From Callorhinchus milii (Eukaryota): a stretch of DNA of 64,000 nt. The notes beneath the pieces were generated by a model. It had not been told where the DNA came from and ran no database searches. It saw only the letters and a program-made list of their open reading frames with translations. A program made the position numbers and the translations under genes. The stretch's first letter is position 1. Each line of letters starts with the position of its first letter. Where the stretch lies: positions 114,082,001-114,146,000 of the forward strand of contig NW_024704743.1 in the NCBI RefSeq assembly GCF_018977255.1, given 5' to 3'. Positions 38,301-50,528 of the stretch are shown piece by piece.

Positions 38301-38824
38301 CACAAACCCGAGGACCAGTCTTCCTGTTCAGATGCACATTAAAGATTCTGTGGCACTATTTAAAAAAGGAATGGAGTTTCTCCTGGTGTGGTGGTCAATA
38401 ATGAAAGTAACATGGGAATAGTTTGACATGCTTAGTGTTCCTGGAAATGTATCAAAGTCTCCATTTAATCCAGGCAATTTAATAAAAGGTATAGCCTGCT
38501 CGCAAAGGCCAATGACTGTTAGACCATGCTAGCAAGACCTCTCTCTCCCTCCCCCCCATCTCAGCGGCCATAAGCAAATCATTTTGACCCTTTTTGTCCC
38601 CAGTACTTTGCGATGGTTCTCACCCGTTGATGTATGTGCAAATTTTATTCATGCTTTTGTACTATAAGTGGCCTCTGCTTCTCTCCTAACCCTGTCGGTG
38701 TGAGTCTGTATTTCAAAGGTGACTCAACCAAGTCAGTCACACACAGACAGGTATTCCCAGTTAACCCCAATGTCCGGTAAATGGAATGTTTAATCGGAGT
38801 CTGCTCGCATTAGTAAACTTCTGA

Positions 38825-39322
38825 TGTTGACGACTACCCTCTGAAGTGCTTACTCCTTTTCTTGCCTAGAATACTACAGAGACTCGAGGATACATTCGGT
38901 GGAAACAACAGCTCTTTATTAAAACCTAGCAACCCTAGGCTACGTTGCATATAAGGAACACAACAGTGGAAGATATACAACAATAGGATCAAACATAACT
39001 ATCGCACATAACTATAACAACTGGCAGCACAATACTTCATTAGTAAAGGAACATGAAACCAACTGTGACTGTACAGTAGTCCTGTACATATCAGTATGTA
39101 CCAAATGACAACCATTAGTTAGCGACCATGAGGAGCACCGAGCATTACTTTATATAGGCCAGCGCCCACATGTTATTTTACTCTGCAGGCTGCTTGCTAA
39201 CTGCGTGCTGCAAGCAGCTTCCGCAACATGGAATTTTATAAAACCCACTTAAAGGGGCAGGCTTCCCCATTTCCTTTAAATAATATTATATAGTTATATA
39301 TACATATCATTTACACATTACA
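38825..39322 (-). mobile_element. Candidate solo LTR
   Basis: Bounded by TGTTGAC..CATTACA. Minus strand has TATATAAA (~39148-39155) followed by AATAAAG (~38914-38920) in LTR order. No clear TSD. Confidence 0.45.
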
Positions 39323-41354
39323 AAAGACTGCAAGAATCGTGATGGTTTGTACAACCATCTCAGCAATTACACTCTACCAAGGAATTCTCCTTCATGTACC
39401 AAGAGGGTTCATGTCCACATGGAATTTTGATACTGGATTAGTTTTGTGAATAAAGTAACGATTGGTTTTAGCAGTGCGTGCTTCCTAACCAAGATGCCCG
39501 TAATGTACTATTTACATCACTGCACAGTATTGTACAAAAACGATGCATAACTGAGAACCGAAATTCCACTTAGTCTTTACAAATCCATTTTACCTAAAAA
39601 AAATTATGATTGCACAGAATTGTGGAAAAAAACAAAATTTGGTCTTAATTTGGAAGCTGGACTTTATTAAAAACTGTGGAAAACTAACATCCAGATCAAA
39701 ACTGAATTTAATTTCACCCCCTGGTGGCAAATTGAGGCAGCGTCTGGCTTTGACTTTTAATGTTAGTTTTTATAATGCCAGAGTTGTAAGGTTAGCTGAG
39801 ACCTTCCTGGGTTTAACCAATCTAGCTCATTTGAATGCACTCATATATTTCTCAGGGTAGCTTTGAATGTTCCCATTTAATTAGTACCATCTGCCTTGGA
39901 GTACAGTACATATTTTTAATTTCCCAGGTCATGTGTATGGGAGGCATGTGATGTATGTTTTATTGTTTTGACATTTCTGCAGCTGATTTCATTGTGTTCT
40001 CACATGGAAAGATTATAACAGAAGCGTCTTAATAGACTGATATAATTGCAATATCTCTCTGTTCCTCAATTTGTAAACTGTATCTTGTAGTCTGTTTTTT
40101 TGTAGTATTAACAGTTCTGGGATGGTTTTCCCCTGTAGTTTCCTCTCGTAAAAAGTGTACTGCTTGGGTAAAATTCATCAGATGGTAACTTTCAATAATA
40201 ATAAATAACATTAATAATCCTTGCTTTTGGTTATAGCGTCACTCATGTCAGGAGGATATCTCAAAGCGTGTCACAGGTTTTACTGGAGTGACTGTTTTTT
40301 TCTGTGTGGGTGAATGCGTCCACAAACAGTAGTGAAGTGAATAACCATTTTTATTTTGGGGCATCGTTGGTCAAAACACCAGGAGAAGGGCTGCTCATCT
40401 GCTGGGGTGGTCACAAATAAAACCCCCATAACCTTGCAGGCCCTGACATGAATACACCACTTGCATCATTGTAGTTATGCCACTGATCTTCAGGACTCAA
40501 AGGCAAGAATGCAACCAACTGAACCAGCTTTAGCCTGACAGCCAATTTGATGTATACATGAGGGAGAAGGGTATACAGAGGTAAAGGAAAAGGAAGCAGA
40601 AAGGTTTGAGGCTTGTGTGGGGTATAAACACTGGCATAGTCTGGTTGCGCTAAAAGGCATGTTTCCGTGCTGTATCATTCTATGGAAAGACTGTGACAAG
40701 TCTGGGGTATCTGATATCTACGCGTTGGTCTGTAGCTTTAGGCTGCACAGTGATCAGCAGCAAAACCATGGTGAATTTTCTCCTTAGCCTTGGGTCTCCT
40801 TAGCCTTGCAGCAGCTTCTCTTCTACCTTGGCTACGTACAGCCACCTGGTTGCAGACCAGAGATCGACGATTTGGTTTCACATTGTGCGGAGTTTATCCA
40901 ATGATATTTTTGCAGGTGTGTGATGGGGGAGGGAAGAAGAGTTCCACTTTGACGCAACTCAAGGCGCCTCCAATTGGATGGTGCAAGCAACACCATCTCA
41001 AAGTATGCCGCTGCTTGTACCAGCAGCCCATTCACAGTGACGCAGAGCCAAACCCTGCTAAATATTGCACATAAAAGTTTCAAAAATCATCAAAACAACA
41101 ACAACATGCACTTATATAGCGCCCCTCATGCAGGGTAGAGTCCCAGAGTGCTTGACAGTGGCGGAGTACAATGCCAAGCCGGAGGGAAGGGGAGAGGTGA
41201 CCATAGGCATGGTCTAAGAGGAAGGTCACCATATAATATAATACAAACAAACAATGGGAACTGGTGGCAATCGGTGATGAGAGTTGGAGTCAGGATATTT
41301 TTACCAGTCTATATGGAACGGGCTTTTCAAAACAAACTGTTCAAGAGGCAGACT

Positions 41355-41660
41355 CAGGTTCGACATTGGTCTTTGAAATAAAAAAAGCCTCAATGTTCTG
41401 TGTCTCTAGCTCCCTGGCCACCAGGGGGCCAAAGCCACTTTACATTAGCAACACATGAAAATACGGGGAATGCATGAACCCACAACATGGACTTTGCTCT
41501 AGGGTCGCTGTTGCAACATTTTGCAGAGGGAGAAGATTGTGCTGGATAATCTATCAAGCAATGGAGGAACAACAGAGGAACATTCAGAGGAATAGTGAAT
41601 AAAACAGCGTGTTATTGATAAAGCCGGGGCAAAAATGGGAGTGGGAGACATAGACTACTG
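41355..41660. repeat. Unclassified ~300-bp repeat; inverted second copy at ~49312-49680
   Basis: For example ATACGGGGAATGCATGAACCCACAACA matches the reverse complement of TGTTGTGGGTTCATGCATTCCCCGTAT; collinear over ~300 bp. Confidence 0.88.
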
Positions 41661-41704
41661 GTCAGATAGAGAGGAGATTGTTTGTGACCAAAATAAGTAT
41701 TATT

Positions 41705-42800
41705 TATTAATAATAATAAACTTGCATTTGATATAGTGCCTTATCATGTTGTTGAGACATCTCAAAGCGTTTCACAGGTGTAAGAGATTCGGATGGAGAC
41801 GACCAATGGTGTAATAATCCAGGTTTTAATAAGTAATACAAATACCTTAACTTATTCTTAAATTACAGAGTCTCCTCCTGGCTGGCTCGCCAATTTGTAG
41901 GGTTTGCCGGAGCCCCAGTTTACTCAATACGAGTTGATACAAAGATTCAAAGAAAAGGTCTTTATTCACACACAAGCAGCAACAGTTTCTGCGTTAACGT
42001 TGATATTATATTATTACATCAGCATAGTTTTATTCAGCATAACAATCAAAATGTATATTACCCACAATAACACCACACTCCAACTGGAGAAAACCCTCCT
42101 TATGACCCTCACTACTCTTCTTAAAACTGAGACCATAGATACAGTAGAATCAATATTCCCCCTCCTCTTGTAACAGAGATAATCCCATTCTTCGTAGGCT
42201 GCTTTGCAGAGAGAGACAACTCTGGACAACTTGTCGGCAGGCTTCCACAGCCTGCTTGTTTTTCAGCCTTGAGATAGGCGGTGTTGAGGCTGTAGCCATT
42301 TGATCAGAAACTGACCTCAACCGGTCCAGCGAAGCTACTTTTAACCCCTGCTAAGCTAGTCATTAAATCAAACAAACCTTATGAAAGGATTATGGGTAAG
42401 TTGCATTCTAAACATATATAAAGATTAATTAAAAGCCTTAAAAAACATTAAGCATCACAAGTATAATCTTACACATGATACACGGTAAAGTGTATTGACT
42501 GTATTTTGTGGGCGAAACACGGCTGCCAGTTGCACACAGCAGGGGAACCCACAAACAGCCATGGAATGAGTGACTGATTTTATTTGCGGGATTGTAGGAC
42601 AGGACAGTGGGAGAACCTTCCTTTTTATATGAATAGTGCATGGGATCTTTAACATCCACCTGAACAGGCAGATGAGACCTGTTTAATGTCTCATCCGAAG
42701 GATGGCACTTCTGACGATACAACATCCCTCCAGCACTGTACTGGAGTGCCAGTTTAAACTGTGTGATTCCAAGTTCCAACATGAGGCTTGAACCCAAGTT
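41705..42800 (-). mobile_element. DeuSINE host of the solo LTR (41705-41778 and 42474-42800)
   Basis: Tail, Deu domain CATGGGATCTTTAACATCCACCTGAAC..TCTCATCCGAAGGATGGCAC and head remnant GGCTTGAACCC. Confidence 0.85.
41779..42473 (-). mobile_element. Solo LTR (695 bp) inserted in a DeuSINE
   Basis: Termini TGTAAGA...TCTTACA; 4-bp flanks CAGG/CATG; minus-strand AATAAA at ~41961-41966. The host SINE tail TTCACAGG resumes as ATACACGGTAAAGTG after the insert. Confidence 0.78.
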
Positions 42801-43185
42801 GTAGGAAGCCAAAACAGACGATTACACAGATGTATGTTATTTTTATCTCTTTGCTTCCACCTGCCTCGGTTGATTTTTTATAAAAGCTAATTTTTTTCGG
42901 ATTAAAATCACGGATGATATTATTTGGCGGAGAGCACCACGGTGAATGAATTATCAGCAGAGCTGGATTTATTTGATCAGTTCGGTTATTCCCAGCGCTA
43001 ATTTAGTTGCCTTGTAACTCTCAGGCTCTGGATCTCTTCCAAGCCAATTTGGCCACAGATTTCAATTGTCTCCTCTAAATCAAAGTAGTCCCGGGCAGAA
43101 ATTGACAAACACTAAATGTAAAACCACATACTTATTTTTATGCAGTTAACCTGTTTCTGTGAAAGGGTTTACAGGTAATGAAATA

Positions 43186-43613
43186 AACAATAATACTTTC
43201 ATTTGATGTAGCTCCTTTCACATCAGGGGGTGTCTCAAAGTACTTCACAGGATTTTACTGTAAAGTGCAGTGACTGTGTATTTTATAAGCAAACATCGCA
43301 GCCAATTTGCGCACAAAAATGTCTCACAAAGAGATATGAAGCAAATGGCCAATTTTATCTAGGGGTTTGTTAGCCAGGACACCAGGAGGAATTCTATTCT
43401 CTTTTTGAATAGTGCCATGGGATCTTTAACGTACACCTGAACAGGCAGTGGGACCTCACTCAGTTTAGTATCTCATCCAAACGATGGCACCTCCATCATT
43501 GCAGGACGCCTCAGCACTGTATTGGAGTGAGCTCAAACCCTAAAACTAACCCTAATCCTAAGTGACTCTCTTGACTCAGAGTCAAGAGAACTACCAACTG
43601 AGCCAGCTGACAC
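43186..43613 (-). mobile_element. DeuSINE, full length
   Basis: Tail, TAGTGCCATGGGATCTTTAACGTACACCTGAAC, TCTCATCCAAACGATGGCACCTCC, head CTACCAACTGAGCCAGCTGACAC. Confidence 0.88.
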
Positions 43614-43898
43614 TATAACGAAATGTGTTCTTTAAAAATGCACATTGAGCAAGACTACTATCAGTGCCAAGTTCTTCTGATCTTGTACACCAAAGTGAAG
43701 AACGTATGCTGTATTTTGCCCAAGAGGATGGCAGATTGTGTCATTCCAGTAGTACCCACCCTGTGGTGGAAGCCATGATATAACAATGCTATTGAAGAAT
43801 GCTTAGGAGAAACAAGTTTGACTAAAGCCATGGCTAAGAGGTGCACCAGTGACTCTCCTATATGTGAGTGAGCACTTGGACAGGACAATACAGTGTCT

Positions 43899-44260
43899 CA
43901 TAAGAACATAAGAAATGCTAGACGAAAAAAGACCAAGGTACATCTAGTTCACCTTCCACCTTCCTGGCGGTCGCATGCACATACATCCCAAATGACCTAT
44001 GTACTACATCACATAATGTTATTTCCTAAAAGGAAACTATCTAATTTGTGTTTGAAAGAATCAACACTTTCTGCTTCAACCGTCTCGCTAGGGAGCCTGT
44101 TCCACAGGTTCACTATTCACTCACTGAAATAGTGTTTGCGTAGATTCGTTCTGTATTTACCCCCCTTCAATGGCAGGCCGTGTCTTTTGGCTTTACTATT
44201 CTGGAAAAGTTGAAACAGCCTGTCATGGTCTATGTTGTCAAGCCCCTTTGGGATCTTAAA
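43899..44260 (-). mobile_element. CR1 3' fragment (second family) with (TTCTTATG)n tail
   Basis: CATAAGAACATAAGAA tail; antisense of ..VNLWNRLPSETVEAESVDSFKHKLD..; the same 3' end is inserted at ~62614-62728. Confidence 0.85.
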
Positions 44261-44383
44261 GCAGAGTCAATAATGGCTTGTATACTGCTTGTTGTGCACC
44301 ATTGTACCAAGAAATGTATCCTGTGAGATATATACATAAACCATGTGACATTCAGTGACTTTTTTAGACAAGCTTTTAATTAT

Positions 44384-44521
44384 GAACAAAACACAAAATG
44401 CTGCAGAGGCTGGAATCTGAGACAAAAACAGAGAGAGCCAGGAAAACTCAACAGGTCAGGCAGCATCTACAGAGAAAGGAAAGTGAGTCAACGTTTTGGG
44501 TCCACAACCCTTCGTCAGAAC
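44384..44521 (-). mobile_element. Short Penelope-type element with hammerhead-ribozyme motif (copy 2), 15-bp TSD
   Basis: Flanked by CAAGCTTTTAATTAT at 44369-44383 and 44522-44536. Minus strand reads GGTT-CTGACGA-A-GGGTT-GTG-GACCC-AAAAC-GTT-GACTC. Confidence 0.8.
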
Positions 44522-44628
44522 CAAGCTTTTAATTATTCTTTTTTGACAGCCTCAAAGCCTGGTTTGAAATTCAACCTTCCAATCACCATGGCTAATGCAA
44601 TTTTAGTTAATTAAACTCCAGCAGTACC

Positions 44629-44949
44629 CGATTCCCGGGCCGGGCGAAACATTACACAAGTTTCCTTACTCTCCACGCCTCTGTTTACCTAAGAGTAAAT
44701 ACGAACTCGGTTGTTAGTCGATTGCCGGATTGCTTTTCTGGGGGTAATATTCACTTCAAAATAAAAATAATTTAAAAAGTAATAATTCTGTCACTCAATT
44801 CACTTTGTGGGACACTGTTGTGTGCAATTGACTGCTGTGTTTTGCCCAAAAACTATACAGTCAATTCACTTTACAGTATATTCTGTGAAACGCTTTGAGA
44901 TGTCTCGAAGATGTGATAAGGCTCTATATGAAATGCAAGGATTATTATT
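44629..44949 (+). mobile_element. CORE-like SINE, 5'-truncated
   Basis: Starts at B box CGATTCCCGG; body and tail present. Confidence 0.85.
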
Positions 44950-47900
44950 CATTATTGTTATACATATGTGGAACTCTTGATCTGGATTGCATTTTCTTAT
45001 GCATGGTGACAGGGGTTTCAGATGTGTCAGGTACCCAACTGACCAAGAAAAAAAGCCCAAGTTGTATGGCTTCATTGTGTCTTTGGACATGAACAAATCC
45101 AACTCTTAAAAGAAACACACGAGGAGGAGAAAGATAGTTGAAGAGTTACTTTGATGAGATGCTATTCATTGACCATGCTTGCACTTATCGCACCTCTGAA
45201 TATTTAGCTTTGTTCAGAGTTAAGCAGAGCTGTACAAATGCACCTAAAAACAAGCAGTCAGCATTTCTCATACAGCTACCGCTGTGTCAGAACAATACGA
45301 TAGGGGATCATCAGTCAGAAGCAGCGAAGGTTAGGGTTGAAAAGTTCATTTATGCTTGGGTGCAGTGTATGGTGTTAAAGCTGCACTGCTCCCAACCTGA
45401 GCTATTTGTAGGCTTTTGTGCAGCATATTTTGTTTGGCCTGAATTACTATCACTTTTCCACATTTGTTACTCTTATAATATAATAATAATCCTTTGTGTT
45501 TGAAATAGCGCCTTCTCACGCCGCTGAGACGTCTCAAAGGGCTTCCCAGAATATACAGTAAAGTAAATCGACTATATTTTGTGGGCAAAACGCTGCAGCC
45601 AATTGCAAACAGCAGTGTCTCCCAAAGAGTTGTGGATTGAGCAACAAAATTATCATTATTTTATTAAAAAAAACATTTTACCCAACTGAGGAAATCTGAT
45701 AGGTACCTCGTTTCAGGGGAAGTTTGACCTTCCTTTCCTGTCCTCATAACAGATATAAAGGCGTGAATTATTTTTCCCTCTACTGGCATACAGTTCTACA
45801 GGTGCTGGGCACCCAGGGGGTATGCTAGGTACCTGATCCCAGAGAGCATCAGTGACCTGTGTGATCCTAGCCAACGCCCCCCTCCCGAAGTCAGAACTGA
45901 CTTCCACGTTAAGTCTGAATTCAACAAATTTGCCTCTACCTGTGCCACCATCTGGAAGCTCTGAAATACTGAATAAAAAGAGTCAATCTAGACCCAGATG
46001 GAATTTCTGGAAGATCACAAGATTGGTTCGAGCACTTTGCAAATGTGGAAACCATTAGAGTTGGTTAACGTTGGGAGCCGTTGGGTTGAGGAAAACTGCT
46101 GTGTTTCTCTGAAGGAAGGAACATGCTTGATAACTTACACAAAGGAACAGCTGATGGTGAGCTATGGTACTCCTCACACTCCTATCACTGCATCAACTTC
46201 TACATCCTGATTTATTGGCATTTTATCCACGTAGAGTGGTCATTACTCTATGTTACCACTGTCACGGTGCAATGGGGAAGAGCTGGCCGTTGCTACAAAT
46301 TTCTTTACTGATTAAATGAAATAGTGGGCAAGTAGTTACACTGACACATGTCCCTGTAAATCAATTTGGTTTCAGCCTTGAGGGTTGATTCCGCATTTGG
46401 TGGACATTAACTGCTTTTTGCCCACCAAAATATAGTCAATTCACTTTACAGTGTATTATGTAAAGCGCTTTGAGACATCTCGAAGACGTGATAAGGCGCT
46501 ATATCAAATGCAAGGATTATTATTATAGGAGTCCTGGCACTATTCAAAAAGAGAAGAAACATTTTCCCGGTATCTTGGCCAAAAATCCCCCAAATAAAAT
46601 TGGTCATCTTTATGTGGGACATTAATGTGTGCAAATTCACTGCCACATCTGTCAACAAAAATACAGTCACTACACTTTATAGTGAATTCTTTGAAGTGCT
46701 TTGAAGCATCCTCTCGATGTAAAACGGGCTACATGAAATGCAAAGACTATCATTATTATTATTTATTATAAAGAAGCTGTCAAACAACTAATAAAAACAC
46801 TGAAGGCAGATACCCAGACCGAACAAACACTTTGATGTTATGACTATATTCATAATTTCATTTTTTACTCAGGGTTATAAAGAGCAAACAAATTAGAAAC
46901 ACATTGGATACAATATTTATCCAGTAGTTGCAGACTCCAAATCATTGCTTAATTGCTACTTATTTGGGTCATTTTATTTGGGTTAATGTGGCACTTGGGG
47001 AGCTCCTACTTTTATCCTTTGTGTAACTAAGATTTGTGAAATATGTATTATTTGGAAAGTAAATATCTGTGCAATTTATTCTGCAACTGGTATTATTTTG
47101 CTTTAAACCAATCCAGCAGACAATTAGCATTCAGAATTGAAATGGAGAAATGAGCAGTAACTAAACCATTGGACCATAAAAAAAAGCCGTTTACCTTCCA
47201 GCTGACCTCCAGGAGCTAATTATTTATCAGAAATGCATTAAAAGAATCTAAATCTTCTTTCCGGGTGTCTACCGATACTGTAATTAAACGTTGCATTGTA
47301 TCAACTCCCCACTGGGACTGGCTTTCATTTCCTTCAGCAAATGGATGAAGCCAGCGTTGGCTGGGGTGATGGTGCACATTATCCCAGCAGTAAAACCACG
47401 ATGACTTTCAGCATTATTTACTTTAATTTTTATTCAGCAAAAGAAAATTGGAAATCACCGTGAGGTCGGTGAATGTTGTGAATATTTTTAACTTCCAGAA
47501 GGCACCTGGATCTATCTTTCAGCTCATTTGACTCCTGTTCTTAGCCATACCAGTGCTGGCTCCAGGGGTGGTGGGATTAGACTGGTGTTTGATGCTCACA
47601 TATCTGAAGGGAGATCACTGTCTCTGTGTGAGTCATAGCTTCTCGATTTACTTTCAGAGGATGACATAATGGAGGACAAGTAATAGTTGAAAGCCGTGTG
47701 TAAATTATTCATTCCTAACATACTGTGACTAAAATATTAACTTGCCTTAAGTTGCAGCTGCCTCAAACTCTCTGGGCCGTCCTCTGTCTGGCTGTGATTT
47801 TTAAACCCTGTGATGACAAAGCCAATGTTGCTTTTCCCGGTCAGGTTTAACTCTTCGAGGGACGCGTTGGGACCAAAGTACAAAACCCAGCAAGATTTTT

Positions 47901-48396
47901 CAAAAGTATTTGGTTTCAAGAGTACAAACGTTTATTTTTTNCCCCCACGTAAATCTGCAACATTTGTCTTCAGAGATTTGCAGTTCAATACATGAGGTAC
48001 AGTGCTTTATGGTGTGAAAGCTGAAAGGGTTAAGCGCTCCGAGATGACGTCTGACGTGAATGGCACTATATAAATGCAAGGTGTTGTTGTTGTTGTAATA
48101 TACTGTACGTAGTACGATGAATTTTCAAGCATTTTGCACCAGTCGAATCATCTGTTGCCATTGTTTGAATTAATCACATGTACGACAATCAAATACTGTG
48201 CATTGACAGCTTAAAATTAAGTTTAAAATCCTGGACAGGTTGATCTCAAGGCCTTCCTCTTCGATCATACCTTTAGCCACCTTCCTACCCTATCATCCCT
48301 GCCCTCCACCCCTACTGATGCCAATCGCCTGCTCGGGTCCAAATCCCTGACTGTCCAGCGCCTTGGGACATCCTCCCGACATGAAAGGTGCTATAC

Positions 48397-48710
48397 AATC
48401 CTTGCATTTGATAATCCTTGCATTTTTGAAATAGTGCTTTTTCATGTCTTCTAGACTTCTCAAAGCACTTCAGAGAATATACTGTAAAGTGAATTAACTG
48501 TATATTTGTGGGTGAAACACGGCTGCCAGCCATATCCCACAAACAGTTGTGGATTGAAGTGACCAATTTATTATTATTTTTTTCTTGAGGGATTATTATC
48601 AGGCGTGTGGAGTAAGGAAACTTGCCCAAGGTTTTGCCCTGCCGGGAATCAAACCCAGGTCTCTCGCTTGCGAGGCGAGTCCTCTAACCACTGAGCTACA
48701 GGACTCCACA
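48397..48710 (-). mobile_element. CORE-like SINE (deleted subfamily) inserted in an L2 tail (~48245-48733)
   Basis: L2 tail GGTGCTATACAA is interrupted and resumes ACAAACGTAATTTGCTGTTGTTG. Confidence 0.85.
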
Positions 48711-49799
48711 AACGTAATTTGCTGTTGTTGTTGAGGCCAGTCTGTCTTTAATGTCAGAGCATTTCATCTGTGAAATTGTTTTCCATTTAATATCTGCCTA
48801 TACAGTTTAAAAGGTATGATGGCTTCCCTTTTTTCAATTGTCAAACTCTTCGTAACTTAGTTGGATTTGAGGGGAGAACACAGAAAGCTAGTCTTTAGTC
48901 TAAATATTGTATTGTGCACATGTCTGTCCTCGCTACAGTGTGATTTAATAGTGTTTGTGCACCACAGCTGCTTTAGAAGTGACTGTCTTAAATGTCTGCC
49001 TCAACTCCAAGGGTGATAAATACAGTGACGTTGTTAACTAACGTCAACTGTTGTCAGTTACCCTGAAGCCACAGAAGACTCCAATCCCCTTTCGTCTCCC
49101 ACTCCCCTTCGGCTCCTACCCCCAACTCAGGTGCCCAGCCAGCAGTGTCAAGATCTTTGAAATGTTCTCATCATATGAAAGGAACTCTATAAATGTGAAG
49201 TGTTCCGAGAAACTATCCTGCGTCAAACGCAACTTTTTGTTACTGTTGTAAATTGTATTGATATACGATAGACTCATGTTTCGGTCTTGTTAGCGAAATC
49301 ATTGACGTTTCATAGCCTCTGTCTCCCACTCTCTGCATCGGCACATTTTTGCCCCTGAGTTATCAATAACACACTGCTATGTTCACTATACAAATATAAT
49401 GTTGTTGTTGTATTCCTCTAAACTCTCCTGTGTTGTTCCTCCGTTGCTCTTAATAGATTGTCCAACACCATCTTCCTCCTGTTGTGGGTTCATGCATTCC
49501 CCGTATCTTCAGTGTTGCTGATGTAAAGTGGCTGTGGCTCCCTGGTGGCCAGGGAGCTAGAGACGCAGAACAACAACAACAATAATACATTTAATTTGTA
49601 TTGCGCCTTTCACATCAGGAGGACATCCCAGGGCGCTGAATGTCGAGGCTCTTTTTTAGCGAAGACGAATGTTAAATCTGTAACATTTTTTAAAAAAACA
49701 GCTTGCTGCTGTGATGAGAAGGTAGGAAGATGAGTATACTGGAGGAATCCAATTAAATGGGCCGAATGGCCTTCTTCATCCAAACTAATCTTGTGATCT

Positions 49800-50150
49800 T
49801 GTTAAAGATCTTATGGCATTTTTCAAAAAGAGAAGGGAGTTTTACACTGCGTCTTGGTCAGCAATCCCCCAGGTAAAATTGGTCATTCACTTTAGTGTGT
49901 GTCTCTCTCTGTCTCTTCTCTCTCTCCGCATTTTAAGCACTGCAGAAAACCAGCTTCCAAATTAAAATTTCCCAAATCCTGTCCCATCCTAAATTTTATG
50001 ACAATTATCTTCAGGCTATTTGTGGCCTATTGCTCTATGCTCATTGACTCCTGCATTTGCCTACAAAATACACTGTTACTACACTCTGTAGTGAAGCCTG
50101 TGAGGTGTTTTGACGACATTGCTATATCAAATATAAGCATTATTATTAGC
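49800..50150 (+). mobile_element. DeuSINE 3' half with a ~120-bp templated insertion (49895-50015)
   Basis: GTTAAAGATCTTATGGCA..AAATTGGTCATTCACTT|insert|GGCTATTTGTGG..GCTATATCAAAT. Confidence 0.75.
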
Positions 50151-50395
50151 AATGATCATTTCACATGTGTCAGTTCACAACACATTGTTGGGCAAGTATT
50201 ATCGGGCTGTGAGTCTTTTGTGTGTTTGCTTGTTCTGAAACATGCAAAGGAAAGGAAAACAAGAATGTGTGAGTTCATTTGGGCTTACCATGGTAGACAT
50301 TAATATGATAGCTTCATCTCTCTATCTCTCTGTCTGTCTGTTTTTGAACACATTATCGTCAGTATTTTACTGAGTGTGTTATCTTTATTTTCCAG

Positions 50396-50528
50396 CAATT
50401 ATGTATGTGATGGGAGCCCTGGGACCTGCAGCTGGATATCTTCTAGGGGGAGTATTAATCGGCTACTACGTAAACCCAAGCACTATAGTTCACATTGACC
50501 AGCACGATCCACGCTTTATCGGAAACTG
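50396..50528 (+). CDS. SLCO5A1: SLCO5A1 coding exon (133 nt)
   Basis: Acceptor tttattttccAG. Reads (A)[43 protein letters not shown](W), the start of the OATP signature D-x-RFIGNWW. Donor TG|GTAAAT; phase matches both neighbours. Confidence 0.96.

Larger units (their letters stand above)
157..50395 (+). other. SLCO5A1: Large (~50.2 kb) phase-1 intron of SLCO5A1
   Basis: GT at 157, AG at 50394-50395. The flanking exons join in frame as ...SLYL-A-IMYVMG, so no intervening exon is needed. Confidence 0.92.

Noticed and set aside
49537..49560. Hairpin followed by CTAG, suggestive of a Helitron 3' end
   Set aside because: Homology between the two repeat copies continues well past the CTAG, so it is not the terminus.
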